Positions 39,904 to 49,075 of a stretch of 64,000 bases of DNA are shown one piece after another. Location: positions 480,001 through 544,000 of the forward strand of contig JAXGPF010000003.1 of NCBI GenBank assembly GCA_040767085.1, given 5' to 3'. The position numbers were made by a program, and so were the translations under genes. The notes beneath the pieces were generated by a model. That model had not been told where the DNA came from and did not search any database. It saw only the letters and a list, made by a program, of their open reading frames with translations. The DNA comes from Kiritimatiellia bacterium. Lineage in GTDB: Bacteria; Verrucomicrobiota; Kiritimatiellia; JAAZAB01. Position 1 is the stretch's first letter; every line of letters begins with the position of its first letter.

Positions 39904-39955
39904 TGTTATTCTCCTGATGGGGTTGAATGATTGACGGCGAGTTGACTTAAAAGCG

Positions 39956-40669
39956 TTAAGGATATGCATATGGTTTAACCTCCGTCCAATTGGTTGCGCC
40001 GCGCGCATTCAGCCAGAATCCCTGGCCGGGCGGCAGCACTAGGTCCCGGCTCCACCTGCCGTTGTGTTTGGCGGAGGTCCGAAAGGCCCCGGCGGTGGAA
40101 TCGAAGACAATGATGGCGCTCCCCTCGGCCGCCGCCGCGGCAAACGCCGTGTTGGTCCAGCGCATCTCCACGGGATAGGCATAGCCGACAAGATTGACTG
40201 CCTCCGGGCCGCAGGCATCCAGGGGCACATCCGCCACCGGGAGCGACCTGGAATCCGGCGCTTCACCAGTCAGATATATTTCGAAGGCGGAATGAACGCT
40301 ATCGCCCACCTGCAGCCAGAACGTTTTGCCCACCAGGTTGTTCGTCCCGGGCCGCCAGGCGCCGAGTAATTTGACTTCCGCGGCATCGCCCGCCGAATAA
40401 TTTTGGATCACGGCATCCCAAAACACGATGGCGGAACCGTTCGGCAGATGCGCCATGATGTCATTCACCGTGACCACCTGCCGATCCAGTGGCATCAGCG
40501 GATAGTGCATCTGGTAGAGCCCGCGCCGGGCTACGGTGAATTTGACATACGCCGCCACATTCCGGCTGGCTACCGCCGGGGGCGTCTGGGCGGAAAGATT
40601 TGTTCCCAGCAACCAGGCCCCGCTGATGGCAAACACCGCCGCGACCCGCAACTCCATCAAACTTTTCAT
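39956..40669 (-). CDS. Hypothetical exported protein, first gene of the operon
   Basis: AAGGAG RBS, signal-peptide-like N-terminus, two internal half-repeats (..GSAIVFWD.. / ..GSAIIVFD..; GKTFWL / GQGFWL). Confidence 0.75.
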   Translation of the reverse strand: MKSLMELRVAAVFAISGAWLLGTNLSAQTPPAVASRNVAAYVKFTVARRGLYQMHYPLMPLDRQVVTVNDIMAHLPNGSAIVFWDAVIQNYSAGDAAEVKLLGAWRPGTNNLVGKTFWLQVGDSVHSAFEIYLTGEAPDSRSLPVADVPLDACGPEAVNLVGYAYPVEMRWTNTAFAAAAAEGSAIIVFDSTAGAFRTSAKHNGRWSRDLVLPPGQGFWLNARGATNWTEVKPYAYP

Positions 40670-40747
40670 AACCGCTCCTTTCCGTCCAGGCGTAACGCCA
40701 GGTTTTTTAATACGCGCTCATCCTATCAAGATGTTATTTCCTGTGAA

Positions 40748-40762
40748 TCAGGGGCAACCTGA
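40748..40762. promoter_or_regulatory. Candidate regulator-binding palindrome TCAGG-N5-CCTGA upstream of the exported operon
   Basis: Perfect 5+5 dyad ~80 bp upstream of the 40669 start; related TCGGG-N5-CCTGA at 41329-41343. Confidence 0.35.
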
Positions 40763-41194
40763 GATCGCCCTGCGCTTTTCCCGATGTTCCGCCGGCCCGA
40801 TTTGATCGGACGGACGGCCGGCGACATACTGTTTTCCGGCGCCGACGCTCCGGATTGCCGGAATCAATTCTTCCAAAGCGCGGGGCTTGCAGACAAAGCC
40901 AAGCGCGCCGGCCTCCAGCACCGCCTGGATCAGAATCGGCGCGGAGTAATTTGAAAACACGATGACCTGCGTTCCCGGGCATTCCCCCATGATTGCCCAG
41001 GTGGCGTCGATGCCGTTCATCCGCGGCAGCATAATATCCATCACCACGACATCGGGACGGAGCTGCCGGACCAGCGCCAGCGCTGTTTCCGCCGACCCGA
41101 CATCCGCCACGACATCCAAATCCTTTTCCTGGCCGATCAGGCTTTTCACTTGTTTCCGCATTGGGATATGATCGTCCACCAGTAACACTTTCAT
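40748..41194 (-). CDS. Stand-alone receiver-domain response regulator, paralog of 22701-23090
   Basis: MKVLLVDDH, VVADVGSAE, VVVMDIMLPRMNGI, GALGFVCK, EELIPAIR. Confidence 0.9.
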   Translation of the reverse strand: MKVLLVDDHIPMRKQVKSLIGQEKDLDVVADVGSAETALALVRQLRPDVVVMDIMLPRMNGIDATWAIMGECPGTQVIVFSNYSAPILIQAVLEAGALGFVCKPRALEELIPAIRSVGAGKQYVAGRPSDQIGPAEHREKRRAISGCP

Positions 41195-41542
41195 GTTTTT
41201 CAATTGCCCCTGGATGCCATGCATATCCGCGGCGGCGGCCGTCTGACCAATGCGCCGCAACTGTTCCGGCGGAAACGGATTCCCGCCTTTCTGATTATGA
41301 TTGTGCCGTAAACCGCGGCCGGGGCCAATCGGGGAAAGCCTGATGCTCCCCGGCGTAAAACCCTATTCAAAGCGCCGGCAAAATCCGCAATCATACTTGC
41401 CTTCGCCGGCATTTCGGCGTATAAAACCAAGCGGCCCGACAATGCCCCCGGAAAGCATGGCCGAGGCGCGCTGGCCGCGCAGGCTTGACAGCGGCGGGGC
41501 ATTGGCAAATTGCGCCTGACATTCTTGGGAAAGCAATGGAAG

Positions 41543-44500
41543 ATGCATCCAGATAAATCCGGCGGCATCCAGCAAAATACCCCCCGCACACCCGCCGCAA
41601 GCGACCAGCTCCGTCCTGCGGTCGCCCCGGACAGCGCTGCCACGGAAAATTGGCTGTCCGCAGTCCTGGCAGCCCTCCCGGTGGGCGTGGCCATCACGGA
41701 CGACCGGGGCGTACGCATTCGGGCAAACGCCGAATTCGAACGCATCTGGAAAGGCCTGCAGCCGATCGTACGGGATGCCGCCGGCCCGACCGTTTATCAA
41801 GCTTGGTGGGCGGATTCCGGCAAACCGGTCCAGCCCGATGAATGGGCTTCCGCCCAGGCCGTGAACAAAGGCGAGACCGTGACCGGCCAGGTTCTGGAAA
41901 TCCAGCGACCCGACGGCACCCGCGGGTATATCGTCAACAGCGCCGCCCCGTTCCGGGACGACGCCGGCCGTATTGCCGGCAGCGCCGTGGCGATCCAAGA
42001 CATTACCGAACTGCGCCAGACCCAGTCGGAGATTGCGCACCTGGCTTCCTTCCCCATGCTGAACCCGCAGCCGGTGGTCGAGGCGGACATGGAAGGACAA
42101 GTGCTTTTCATGAATCCGTCAGCCCGGCAATTATTCCCGGATTTGAAACAGCTCGGGCCCAAGCATCCCTGGCTGGCGGGTTGGAACAGGGTGGCGCAGG
42201 CCTGCCGCCAAAGCGGCGGCGTCATCAGCGGATCCCGTGAAGTCACGCTTGGCGACAGTTCTTACCTGCAATCAATCTGCTATACCCCGCACCGCAACTG
42301 TGTGCGCATATACGGCATCGACATCACCGCGCGCAAACGCGCCCAGGAAGCCTTGCAGCAACTCAACGCCGAATTGGAACGCCGCGTGGCCCGGCAAACC
42401 GCCGAAATCCGCGAGAAAAGCGCTTACAACCGCCGCCTGATCGAAACCAGCCCGGACCCGCTGGTGACGATCGGACCGGACGGTAAGATCACGGACGTCA
42501 ACACGGCGACGGAAAAAGTGACGGGGCGGTCCCGGACGGAGCTGATCGGCACCGATTTCCTGGATTACTTCACGGAGCCGGAACGGGCGCGTGCGGGGTA
42601 CCAGCAGGTCTTCAAGGAAGGCCGGATCGGCGATTACCCGCTGGAAATCCGGCACCGGGACGGGCATGTCACGTCCGTCATTTACAACGCCTCGGTCTAC
42701 CGCGACGCGCAGGGGAAAGTCGCGGGGGTTTTCGCCGCCGCCCGCGACATCACCCAGCGCAAGCGCGCCGAGGAGCTGGTGCTGGCTGAGCGCCAGCGTC
42801 TTTATGACGTGCTGGAGACGCTGCCGGTTTACGTGGTGCTGCTGGCGCATGATCACCGCATGCCCTTTGCCAACCGGTTTTTCCGGGAGCGATTCGGCGT
42901 TGCCGGCGGCAAGCGCTGTTTTGAGCACCTTTTTAACCGGACCGAAGCCTGTAAAGACTGCGAGTCCTACAAGGCGCTGGAAACGAACGCGCCGCACCAT
43001 TGGGAGTGGACCGGGCCGGACGGACGCAACTACCAGATCCACGACTTCCCTTTCACGGACAGCGACGGGTCGCCCATGATCATGGAAATGGGCCTTGATA
43101 TCACGGATACCAGGCAGGCGCAGGCGGCGCTCCAGCAAGTCAACGAGACGCTGGAACAGCGTGTGGCTGACCGCACGGCGCAGTTGGCCGCCAGCGAGCA
43201 GCGCCTCAGGCAAGCGGAAGAGATCGCGCATCTCGGCAGTTGGGAGTTGGACATCGCGGGAGGCCGGCTGGCATGGTCGGATGAAGTCTTCCGCATCTTC
43301 GGCCTGGCGCCGCAGGAGTTCATGCCGACCTACGCGGCTTTCCTGGAGCGCGTGCATCCCGACGATCGGGCGATCGTGGATGAAGCTTATCAGAGTTCGG
43401 TGCGTGAAAACCGCGACACCTATGAAGTCGAACACCGGATCATCCGCAAGGACAACGGCGCCGTCCGCACGGTTCACGAGAAATGCGAACATTTCCTGGA
43501 TGCCGGCGGCCGGATTATCCGTTCGGTCGGCATGGTGCACGACATCACGGAACGTAAATGGGCGGATGAAGTGCTGCGGCGTTCGCACGACGAACTGGAA
43601 CAAATGGTCAAGGAACGCACCGCGGCCCTGGCGGATAGCGAACGGAAATACCGCGAACTGGTGGAGAATGCCAACAGCGTCATCATGCGCATCACCCCCG
43701 ACCATACCATCACGTTCTTCAACGAGTATGCGCAGCGCCTCTTTGGTTATACGCCGGCGGAACTGCTGGGCCGGAATGCGGTCGGCACTATCATCCCGTC
43801 CGTGGATTCGGCGGGACTCGATCTGCGAGCCATGATACAGGCAATCACGGCGGACCCCGACGGATACACGATCAACGAAAACGAGAATATCTGCAAGAAC
43901 GGCAAACGGGTCTGGGTGCATTGGTCCAACCGCGCCGTGCGCGACGAAAAGGGCCGGCTGGTCGAGATTCTATGCGTGGGGACGGACGTGACCGCACGCA
44001 AGCACTCGGAAGAACGCGCCAAGGTGACCGGCGCCATGCTTGCGCTCTTTGCCCGGAAAACCACCCGCCGCGATTATCTGGAAGCCGTGACGGATTTGCT
44101 CCAGCAAGTTTTCGGATGCCGCTGCATCGGCATCCGGATCCGCAACGATGATGGGGAGATCCCCTACGAGGCCAGCAAGGGATTCACACCGGAGTTTCTG
44201 GCATCCGAATCGCGCCTGCACCCCGACCGGCACGCGTGCGTCTGCCCGCGCATCATGAAGGCGCATCCGTTGCCGTGCGATCGCGCGGCGCTGAGTCCGG
44301 GCGGTTCCTTTTTCTGCAACGACACCGCGGTTTTCTTCAACACCATGCAGAAGGCGGATCGGCGGTTGTTCCGGGGCGTTTGCGCCAAATACGGATTTGC
44401 CTCCCTCGCCGTCCTACCGATCCGCTACCAGGGCCGGATGTTAGGCGCAGTCCACCTAGCCGATGAACGACCGGACAGGTTTCCCCCGGAGGTAGTCGAA

Positions 44501-45628
44501 TTCATTGAGACCATCATTCCGCTGGTCGGCGAGGCGTTGCACCGGTTCGACATGGAGGCGAAGTTGCGGAAGAGTGAAGAGCGCTACCGTTCGCTGGTGA
44601 TCGCCACGGCGCAAATCGTCTGGACCACTAACGCGGCGGGCGAGGCGACGGACGACCTGCCGGGCTGGCGGAAATTCACCGGCCAGAGCCGGGAGGAAAT
44701 CCGCGGGCAAGGCTGGATCGGCGCCGTGCACCCGGACGACCGCCAGCGGACGGCCGCCGTGTGGGAGCAAGCGGTCGCCACACGAACCTTGTATAACACG
44801 GAATATCGCCTGCGGCGCTTCGACGGCTGCTACCGCGACTTCGCTGTCCGCGGCGTACCCGTGATCGCAACGGACGGATCCGTGCGGGAATGGGTGGGAA
44901 CTTGCACCGATATTTCCCAGCAGAAGGCCATGGAGTCGGAAACCGCCCGTTACCAGGAACGCCTGCGCGGCCTGGCGGAGCGGCTGGCGGCCAGCGAAGA
45001 GCAGGAGCGTTGGCAAATCTCCCGCTACGTCCACGACACCATCATTCAGAATCTTTCGCTGGCCAGCATCAAGATTGGCGCCGCACAGAAAATCCTGCCC
45101 GCGGCCAGGCGCAAAAAGGATGGCGCCGAACTGCAAACGACCCGGACGCTGGTGGATGATGCCATCGCCGAATGCCGCACGGTGATGTCCGACCTGACGC
45201 CTTCCCTGCTCTACGACCTCGGGCTGGTGCCCGCGTTGCGGGAACTGGCGGACAAGATTCAGCAACAGCATGGCGTCCAGGTATGCGTCGCTGAAGAAGG
45301 CGCAGCTATCGCCATGGCCATTCCGCTCCGCGGCCTGATCTTCCAGTCCGCGCGTGAACTCATCATGAATGCCTTGAAACACGCCGGGCCGCGGGTGGTG
45401 CGCGTGACTGTCGCCGGCCGCAAAGGCGAAATCCTGATTCGTGTTCAAGACGATGGCGCGGGATTTGACCCGGACAAACTGGAGCGGCGCGACCCGCGTC
45501 AGGGCGGATTCGGCCTGTTCGGCATCCGCCTGCGCATCGAGAGCCTGAAAGGCTGGCTGGCGATCGAATCGGCGCCGGGAAAAGGCACCACGGCGGTAAT
45601 TACGCTGCCGGTTGCGGATGCGGGATGA
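41543..45628 (+). CDS. Cytoplasmic multi-PAS/GAF sensor histidine kinase, NarX/UhpB (HisKA_3) type
   Basis: Repeated PAS/PAC ends (DIT.RK), GAF segment, H-box EEQERWQISRYVHDTIIQ, NALKHAG, DDGAGFD, GGFGL, SAPGKGT; no obvious TM segment. Confidence 0.93.
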   Translation: MHPDKSGGIQQNTPRTPAASDQLRPAVAPDSAATENWLSAVLAALPVGVAITDDRGVRIRANAEFERIWKGLQPIVRDAAGPTVYQAWWADSGKPVQPDEWASAQAVNKGETVTGQVLEIQRPDGTRGYIVNSAAPFRDDAGRIAGSAVAIQDITELRQTQSEIAHLASFPMLNPQPVVEADMEGQVLFMNPSARQLFPDLKQLGPKHPWLAGWNRVAQACRQSGGVISGSREVTLGDSSYLQSICYTPHRNCVRIYGIDITARKRAQEALQQLNAELERRVARQTAEIREKSAYNRRLIETSPDPLVTIGPDGKITDVNTATEKVTGRSRTELIGTDFLDYFTEPERARAGYQQVFKEGRIGDYPLEIRHRDGHVTSVIYNASVYRDAQGKVAGVFAAARDITQRKRAEELVLAERQRLYDVLETLPVYVVLLAHDHRMPFANRFFRERFGVAGGKRCFEHLFNRTEACKDCESYKALETNAPHHWEWTGPDGRNYQIHDFPFTDSDGSPMIMEMGLDITDTRQAQAALQQVNETLEQRVADRTAQLAASEQRLRQAEEIAHLGSWELDIAGGRLAWSDEVFRIFGLAPQEFMPTYAAFLERVHPDDRAIVDEAYQSSVRENRDTYEVEHRIIRKDNGAVRTVHEKCEHFLDAGGRIIRSVGMVHDITERKWADEVLRRSHDELEQMVKERTAALADSERKYRELVENANSVIMRITPDHTITFFNEYAQRLFGYTPAELLGRNAVGTIIPSVDSAGLDLRAMIQAITADPDGYTINENENICKNGKRVWVHWSNRAVRDEKGRLVEILCVGTDVTARKHSEERAKVTGAMLALFARKTTRRDYLEAVTDLLQQVFGCRCIGIRIRNDDGEIPYEASKGFTPEFLASESRLHPDRHACVCPRIMKAHPLPCDRAALSPGGSFFCNDTAVFFNTMQKADRRLFRGVCAKYGFASLAVLPIRYQGRMLGAVHLADERPDRFPPEVVEFIETIIPLVGEALHRFDMEAKLRKSEERYRSLVIATAQIVWTTNAAGEATDDLPGWRKFTGQSREEIRGQGWIGAVHPDDRQRTAAVWEQAVATRTLYNTEYRLRRFDGCYRDFAVRGVPVIATDGSVREWVGTCTDISQQKAMESETARYQERLRGLAERLAASEEQERWQISRYVHDTIIQNLSLASIKIGAAQKILPAARRKKDGAELQTTRTLVDDAIAECRTVMSDLTPSLLYDLGLVPALRELADKIQQQHGVQVCVAEEGAAIAMAIPLRGLIFQSARELIMNALKHAGPRVVRVTVAGRKGEILIRVQDDGAGFDPDKLERRDPRQGGFGLFGIRLRIESLKGWLAIESAPGKGTTAVITLPVADAG

Positions 45629-45663
45629 ACCATGCAGCCTGGCGCATCCTGCCCGCACCGGCA

Positions 45664-46122
45664 TCAGCCGAAAAGAAACTCCGCCGCGGCTTCCGGCTCG
45701 ATCCGGAAGGCCGAGCCCCGGCCCTCGAAAAACCCGTGCGCCTCGATCAGATGGACATTCAAATCCGTCCAAGCTAGTGTCGCGCCCGTCTTCGGCCGCT
45801 CGGCAGTCGTCACCCGCTTGGCATAACGCCCCGGATGCCCCCAGGGACAGACCAGCCAGCCCTTGCATTCCTCGCAACTCACCAGCAAATCCCCGCCGCC
45901 GGCGTCCACCTGCGTCCCCAATCCCGTCTGGGCCAGCGCCGTCAACTCGCGCATCCGCCGCGCCAGCAGCGCGGCGGTCACGCCGCATTTTGCCAGCGCG
46001 GCGGCATCGGCTTGAATGATCTCCGCGGCACTGCGCCGGTCATGCCCCATAAAGCCGTCCGCCACCAGCGCCGACGACCGCAGCAATTCATCCAACTTCC
46101 GGTCCCGGGGCGATGTCTTCAT
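45664..46122 (-). CDS. Hypothetical protein at the end of the nqr-like operon
   Basis: RBS GAGGAG; Cys/His motifs KGWLVCPWGH and HLIEAHGFFEG. Confidence 0.75.
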   Translation of the reverse strand: MKTSPRDRKLDELLRSSALVADGFMGHDRRSAAEIIQADAAALAKCGVTAALLARRMRELTALAQTGLGTQVDAGGGDLLVSCEECKGWLVCPWGHPGRYAKRVTTAERPKTGATLAWTDLNVHLIEAHGFFEGRGSAFRIEPEAAAEFLFG

Positions 46123-46133
46123 AACCGCGCTCC

Positions 46134-47234
46134 TCATGCAAATTTATCATAGAAAATCCGGCCGGGCGGCATCCCCAGCGAAGTCAGCACTTGCTGCGCC
46201 GCATCTATCAGCCCCGGGCTGCCGCAGAGATATCCCTCGTGCCCGCTGAGATCGGCATGCCGCCGGCGGACCGCCTCCGTCACCAATCCCGTCTCACCCT
46301 GCCAGCCGCTGGAGGCTTCCGGCCGCGAAACCACGGGCACGAAGGTAAAATCCGGCAAAGCCCGGGAGAATTCCGCCATCTGATCCAGCAGGCACAAGTC
46401 GCGCGTCGAGTTGCCGCCGAAAAAATAGATCGTCTTGCGCCGGTCATGCGCCTGGCGCATGGCGTGCAGGATCGCGACAAACGGCGCCATGCCGCTGCCG
46501 CCCGCCAGAAACACCATCGGCGCGGCGGCGGCGCTGAGGCGGAAATCGCCGTAGGGGCCGTTAAACTTCACCGCATCGCCGGTTTTCAAGACATCAAAGC
46601 ACCAGGTCGTGCAAATCCCCCCCGGCACGCGCCGGATGATCAATTCCACGGCGCCGGCGTCGCCCGGATCGGACGCTATCGAATAAGCCCGATAAACCTC
46701 CTCCCGGTTGCCCCGATACCGCGGGCACAAAAGCTGCACATACTGCCCGGCCACAAACTCCAGCGCCGGCGGGTCAACCAACTCGAACCGGAAGCGCTTC
46801 ATGTCATACGTCAAATCCTCGATTTTCGTACAGCGCGCCGCGTATTCGCGGATGTTGAACAACTCCTCCGGAATTTCGATCGCCAGGTCATTCCGCACCT
46901 TCACCTGGCAGGACAGCCGCAGATTGTCCGCGATTTCGCCGGGCGTCAAAAAAGGCTGCTCGGTCGGCAAAAGCGCGCCGCCCCCGGCCAGCACCCGCAC
47001 CTTGCAGGCGCCGCAGGTGCCCCGGCCGCCGCAGGCGCTGGGGATGAAGATCCGGGAATCCGTCAGGGCCGACAGCAGCGGCTTGCCGCCCTGGACGGTG
47101 AGTTCCCGCTTGCCGTTGAGCGTGATCTTGCACTCGCCGTAATTGGCGATCAGGCGCTCGGCCACAACCACCATCAGCGCCAGCCCGGCGGCCAGGCCGC
47201 TGACGATCAATACCGCGGTGAAAATTCCTGTCAA
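46134..47234 (-). CDS. nqrF: NqrF-like NADH-oxidising subunit (N-terminal TM, 2Fe-2S, FAD, NAD domains)
   Basis: SACGGRGTCGAC..RLSCQ, RAYSIAS, GPYGDF, AGGSGMAP, YLCGSP, YDKFA. Confidence 0.85.
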   Translation of the reverse strand: MTGIFTAVLIVSGLAAGLALMVVVAERLIANYGECKITLNGKRELTVQGGKPLLSALTDSRIFIPSACGGRGTCGACKVRVLAGGGALLPTEQPFLTPGEIADNLRLSCQVKVRNDLAIEIPEELFNIREYAARCTKIEDLTYDMKRFRFELVDPPALEFVAGQYVQLLCPRYRGNREEVYRAYSIASDPGDAGAVELIIRRVPGGICTTWCFDVLKTGDAVKFNGPYGDFRLSAAAAPMVFLAGGSGMAPFVAILHAMRQAHDRRKTIYFFGGNSTRDLCLLDQMAEFSRALPDFTFVPVVSRPEASSGWQGETGLVTEAVRRRHADLSGHEGYLCGSPGLIDAAQQVLTSLGMPPGRIFYDKFA

Positions 47235-47244
47235 TGCAAGATCC

Positions 47245-47844
47245 TCAGTTCAGCACGCCCGTAAACCCGACAAATGCCAGGGCCATCAACCCGGCGATGA
47301 TCAGCGTGATCCCCGGCCCCTGCAAACCCCGGGGCACGCGGGCTTCGTTCAGGCGCTGCCGGATGCCCGCCATCGCCAGGATCGCCATCAGCCACCCGAC
47401 CCCGCTGCCGAAGCCGTAGCCGATGGTCACGATGAACGAGTAGCCGCGGATCACCATGAACAGCGATGCGCCCAGGATAGCGCAATTAACGGTAATCAGC
47501 GGCAGGAATATTCCCAGCGCCTGGTACAGCCGGGGCGAATACCGGTCAATCGCCATCTCCACCAACTGCACAAACGCGGCAATGATGATGATAAACAGGA
47601 TGAACCGGAAAAACTCCAGTTGCAGCGGCACTAAAACGTAATAATAGGCCAGCCAGTTCAGCGCCGCGGTCGCCGTCATCACAAACACCACCGCGCCGCC
47701 CAAGCCGGCCGCGGTTTTGACCTCGCGCGACACGCTGGTGAACGGGCACATCCCCAGGAAAGTCGTCAGGAGGATGTTTTGCGTAAAAATCGCGGCAAAA
47801 GCCGTGACCATCGCCAGCCAGATTTCCTGTCCCGCGCCGTTCAT
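47245..47844 (-). CDS. nqrE: NqrE/RnfA-family membrane subunit
   Basis: FLGMCP, IAAFVQLVEM, LGIFLPLITVNCAILG. Confidence 0.85.
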   Translation of the reverse strand: MNGAGQEIWLAMVTAFAAIFTQNILLTTFLGMCPFTSVSREVKTAAGLGGAVVFVMTATAALNWLAYYYVLVPLQLEFFRFILFIIIIAAFVQLVEMAIDRYSPRLYQALGIFLPLITVNCAILGASLFMVIRGYSFIVTIGYGFGSGVGWLMAILAMAGIRQRLNEARVPRGLQGPGITLIIAGLMALAFVGFTGVLN

Positions 47845-48464
47845 TTCTTGGCCCTCCCGGTTTCGATTGAGCGGCAGACCCACAGGACCGTGGCCAGCAT
47901 AAAAAACGCCCCCGGCGGCATCACCATGATGATCCACTTGTCCCAGTGCATGGTTGAAAAATACGGCATCGGCACGCCCAGAATCGTGCCCATGCCGAAC
48001 AATTCCCGCGGCACGGCAATCGCCAGCAGCACCCACGAATACCCCAGTCCGTTGAAGAGCCCGTCAAGCAGGGCCGGGCGCGGCGGATTCGACCCGGCAA
48101 ACGCTTCGCACCGGCCCATCAGGATGCAATTGGTGATGATCAGCCCCACAAACGGCCCGAGGTTGCGGCTCATCTCCGGCCAGTAAGCCTTCAGCGCCAG
48201 GTCAACAATGATCACGTAAAACGCCATGATCAGGGTCTGGACCATCATGCGGATATTCCGCGGCGTCCAATCCCGCAGGAGCGACACCGTCAGGCAACTC
48301 ATCATGGTCACCAGCGTCAGCGATATGCACATCACCGCCGTATTCAGCACCGCGTTGGTCACGGCCAGCGTGCTGCAAATCCCCAGAATCTGGCGGAAGA
48401 CCGGGTTGTCGCGCCACAGCCCGTCCAGCATGATCGCGCGCGGTTTCTTGGAAGCTCCGTTCAT
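47841..48464 (-). CDS. nqrD: NqrD/RnfE-family membrane subunit
   Basis: NPVFRQILGICSTLAVT, VGLIITNCILMGR, RELFG.G, PPGAFF. Confidence 0.85.
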   Translation of the reverse strand: MNGASKKPRAIMLDGLWRDNPVFRQILGICSTLAVTNAVLNTAVMCISLTLVTMMSCLTVSLLRDWTPRNIRMMVQTLIMAFYVIIVDLALKAYWPEMSRNLGPFVGLIITNCILMGRCEAFAGSNPPRPALLDGLFNGLGYSWVLLAIAVPRELFGMGTILGVPMPYFSTMHWDKWIIMVMPPGAFFMLATVLWVCRSIETGRAKK

Positions 48465-49075
48465 GGCCCGCCTCCCCCGGCCCGCATCGCCTGCAGCCAC
48501 ACCGCGAGCCGCTCATTGATCAACTGCTCCAGCCGGCGGCAGGTCTGCGTTGCGCCGGTAATGCCATGCACCTCGTGCTCGCCCGGCGTTACCGCCGCCG
48601 GCCGGATGCCGATGGGGCGGTCTGGCGGCCCGAGCGTCAAGCCCGCAAACTGCCCGCGAAAATCCTTTTCCGTAATGCGGGCGCCCAGCCCCGGGGTCTC
48701 GCTCTGGTCATAAAATGCCAGGCCGGTAATCGCCGCGAGGTCGTGGGACACCCCCACCACCCCGCGGATCGGCGCCCAAAATCCCTGGCCGGCCACCGGC
48801 ACCGCGTAACCGGCGGTCCGGCCGTCCTTGCGGTAGACATACGCCCCGGCCGCGTCCGCGGATTTTTCGAAAAGCCGGTTGAACAACGCATGCACCCGCG
48901 GCGACGGCGGCACGGCAATCTCGGGGAACGCCTCCAGCACGGCGCGCTCGAACATCAACTGCTCGTTCGCCCTCACGCGCACCTGGGTCAGCCGCGAGAA
49001 TCCGATCAGCACCGCGCTCACGCAGGCGGTGGCCAGAAACATATACGCCACCGGAAACCAGGACCGGTTTTTCAT
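48461..49075 (-). CDS. nqrC: NqrC/RnfG-family FMN-binding subunit
   Basis: N-terminal TM, GQGFWAPI, ETPGLG, flavinylation motif ITGAT. Confidence 0.85.
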   Translation of the reverse strand: MKNRSWFPVAYMFLATACVSAVLIGFSRLTQVRVRANEQLMFERAVLEAFPEIAVPPSPRVHALFNRLFEKSADAAGAYVYRKDGRTAGYAVPVAGQGFWAPIRGVVGVSHDLAAITGLAFYDQSETPGLGARITEKDFRGQFAGLTLGPPDRPIGIRPAAVTPGEHEVHGITGATQTCRRLEQLINERLAVWLQAMRAGGGGP

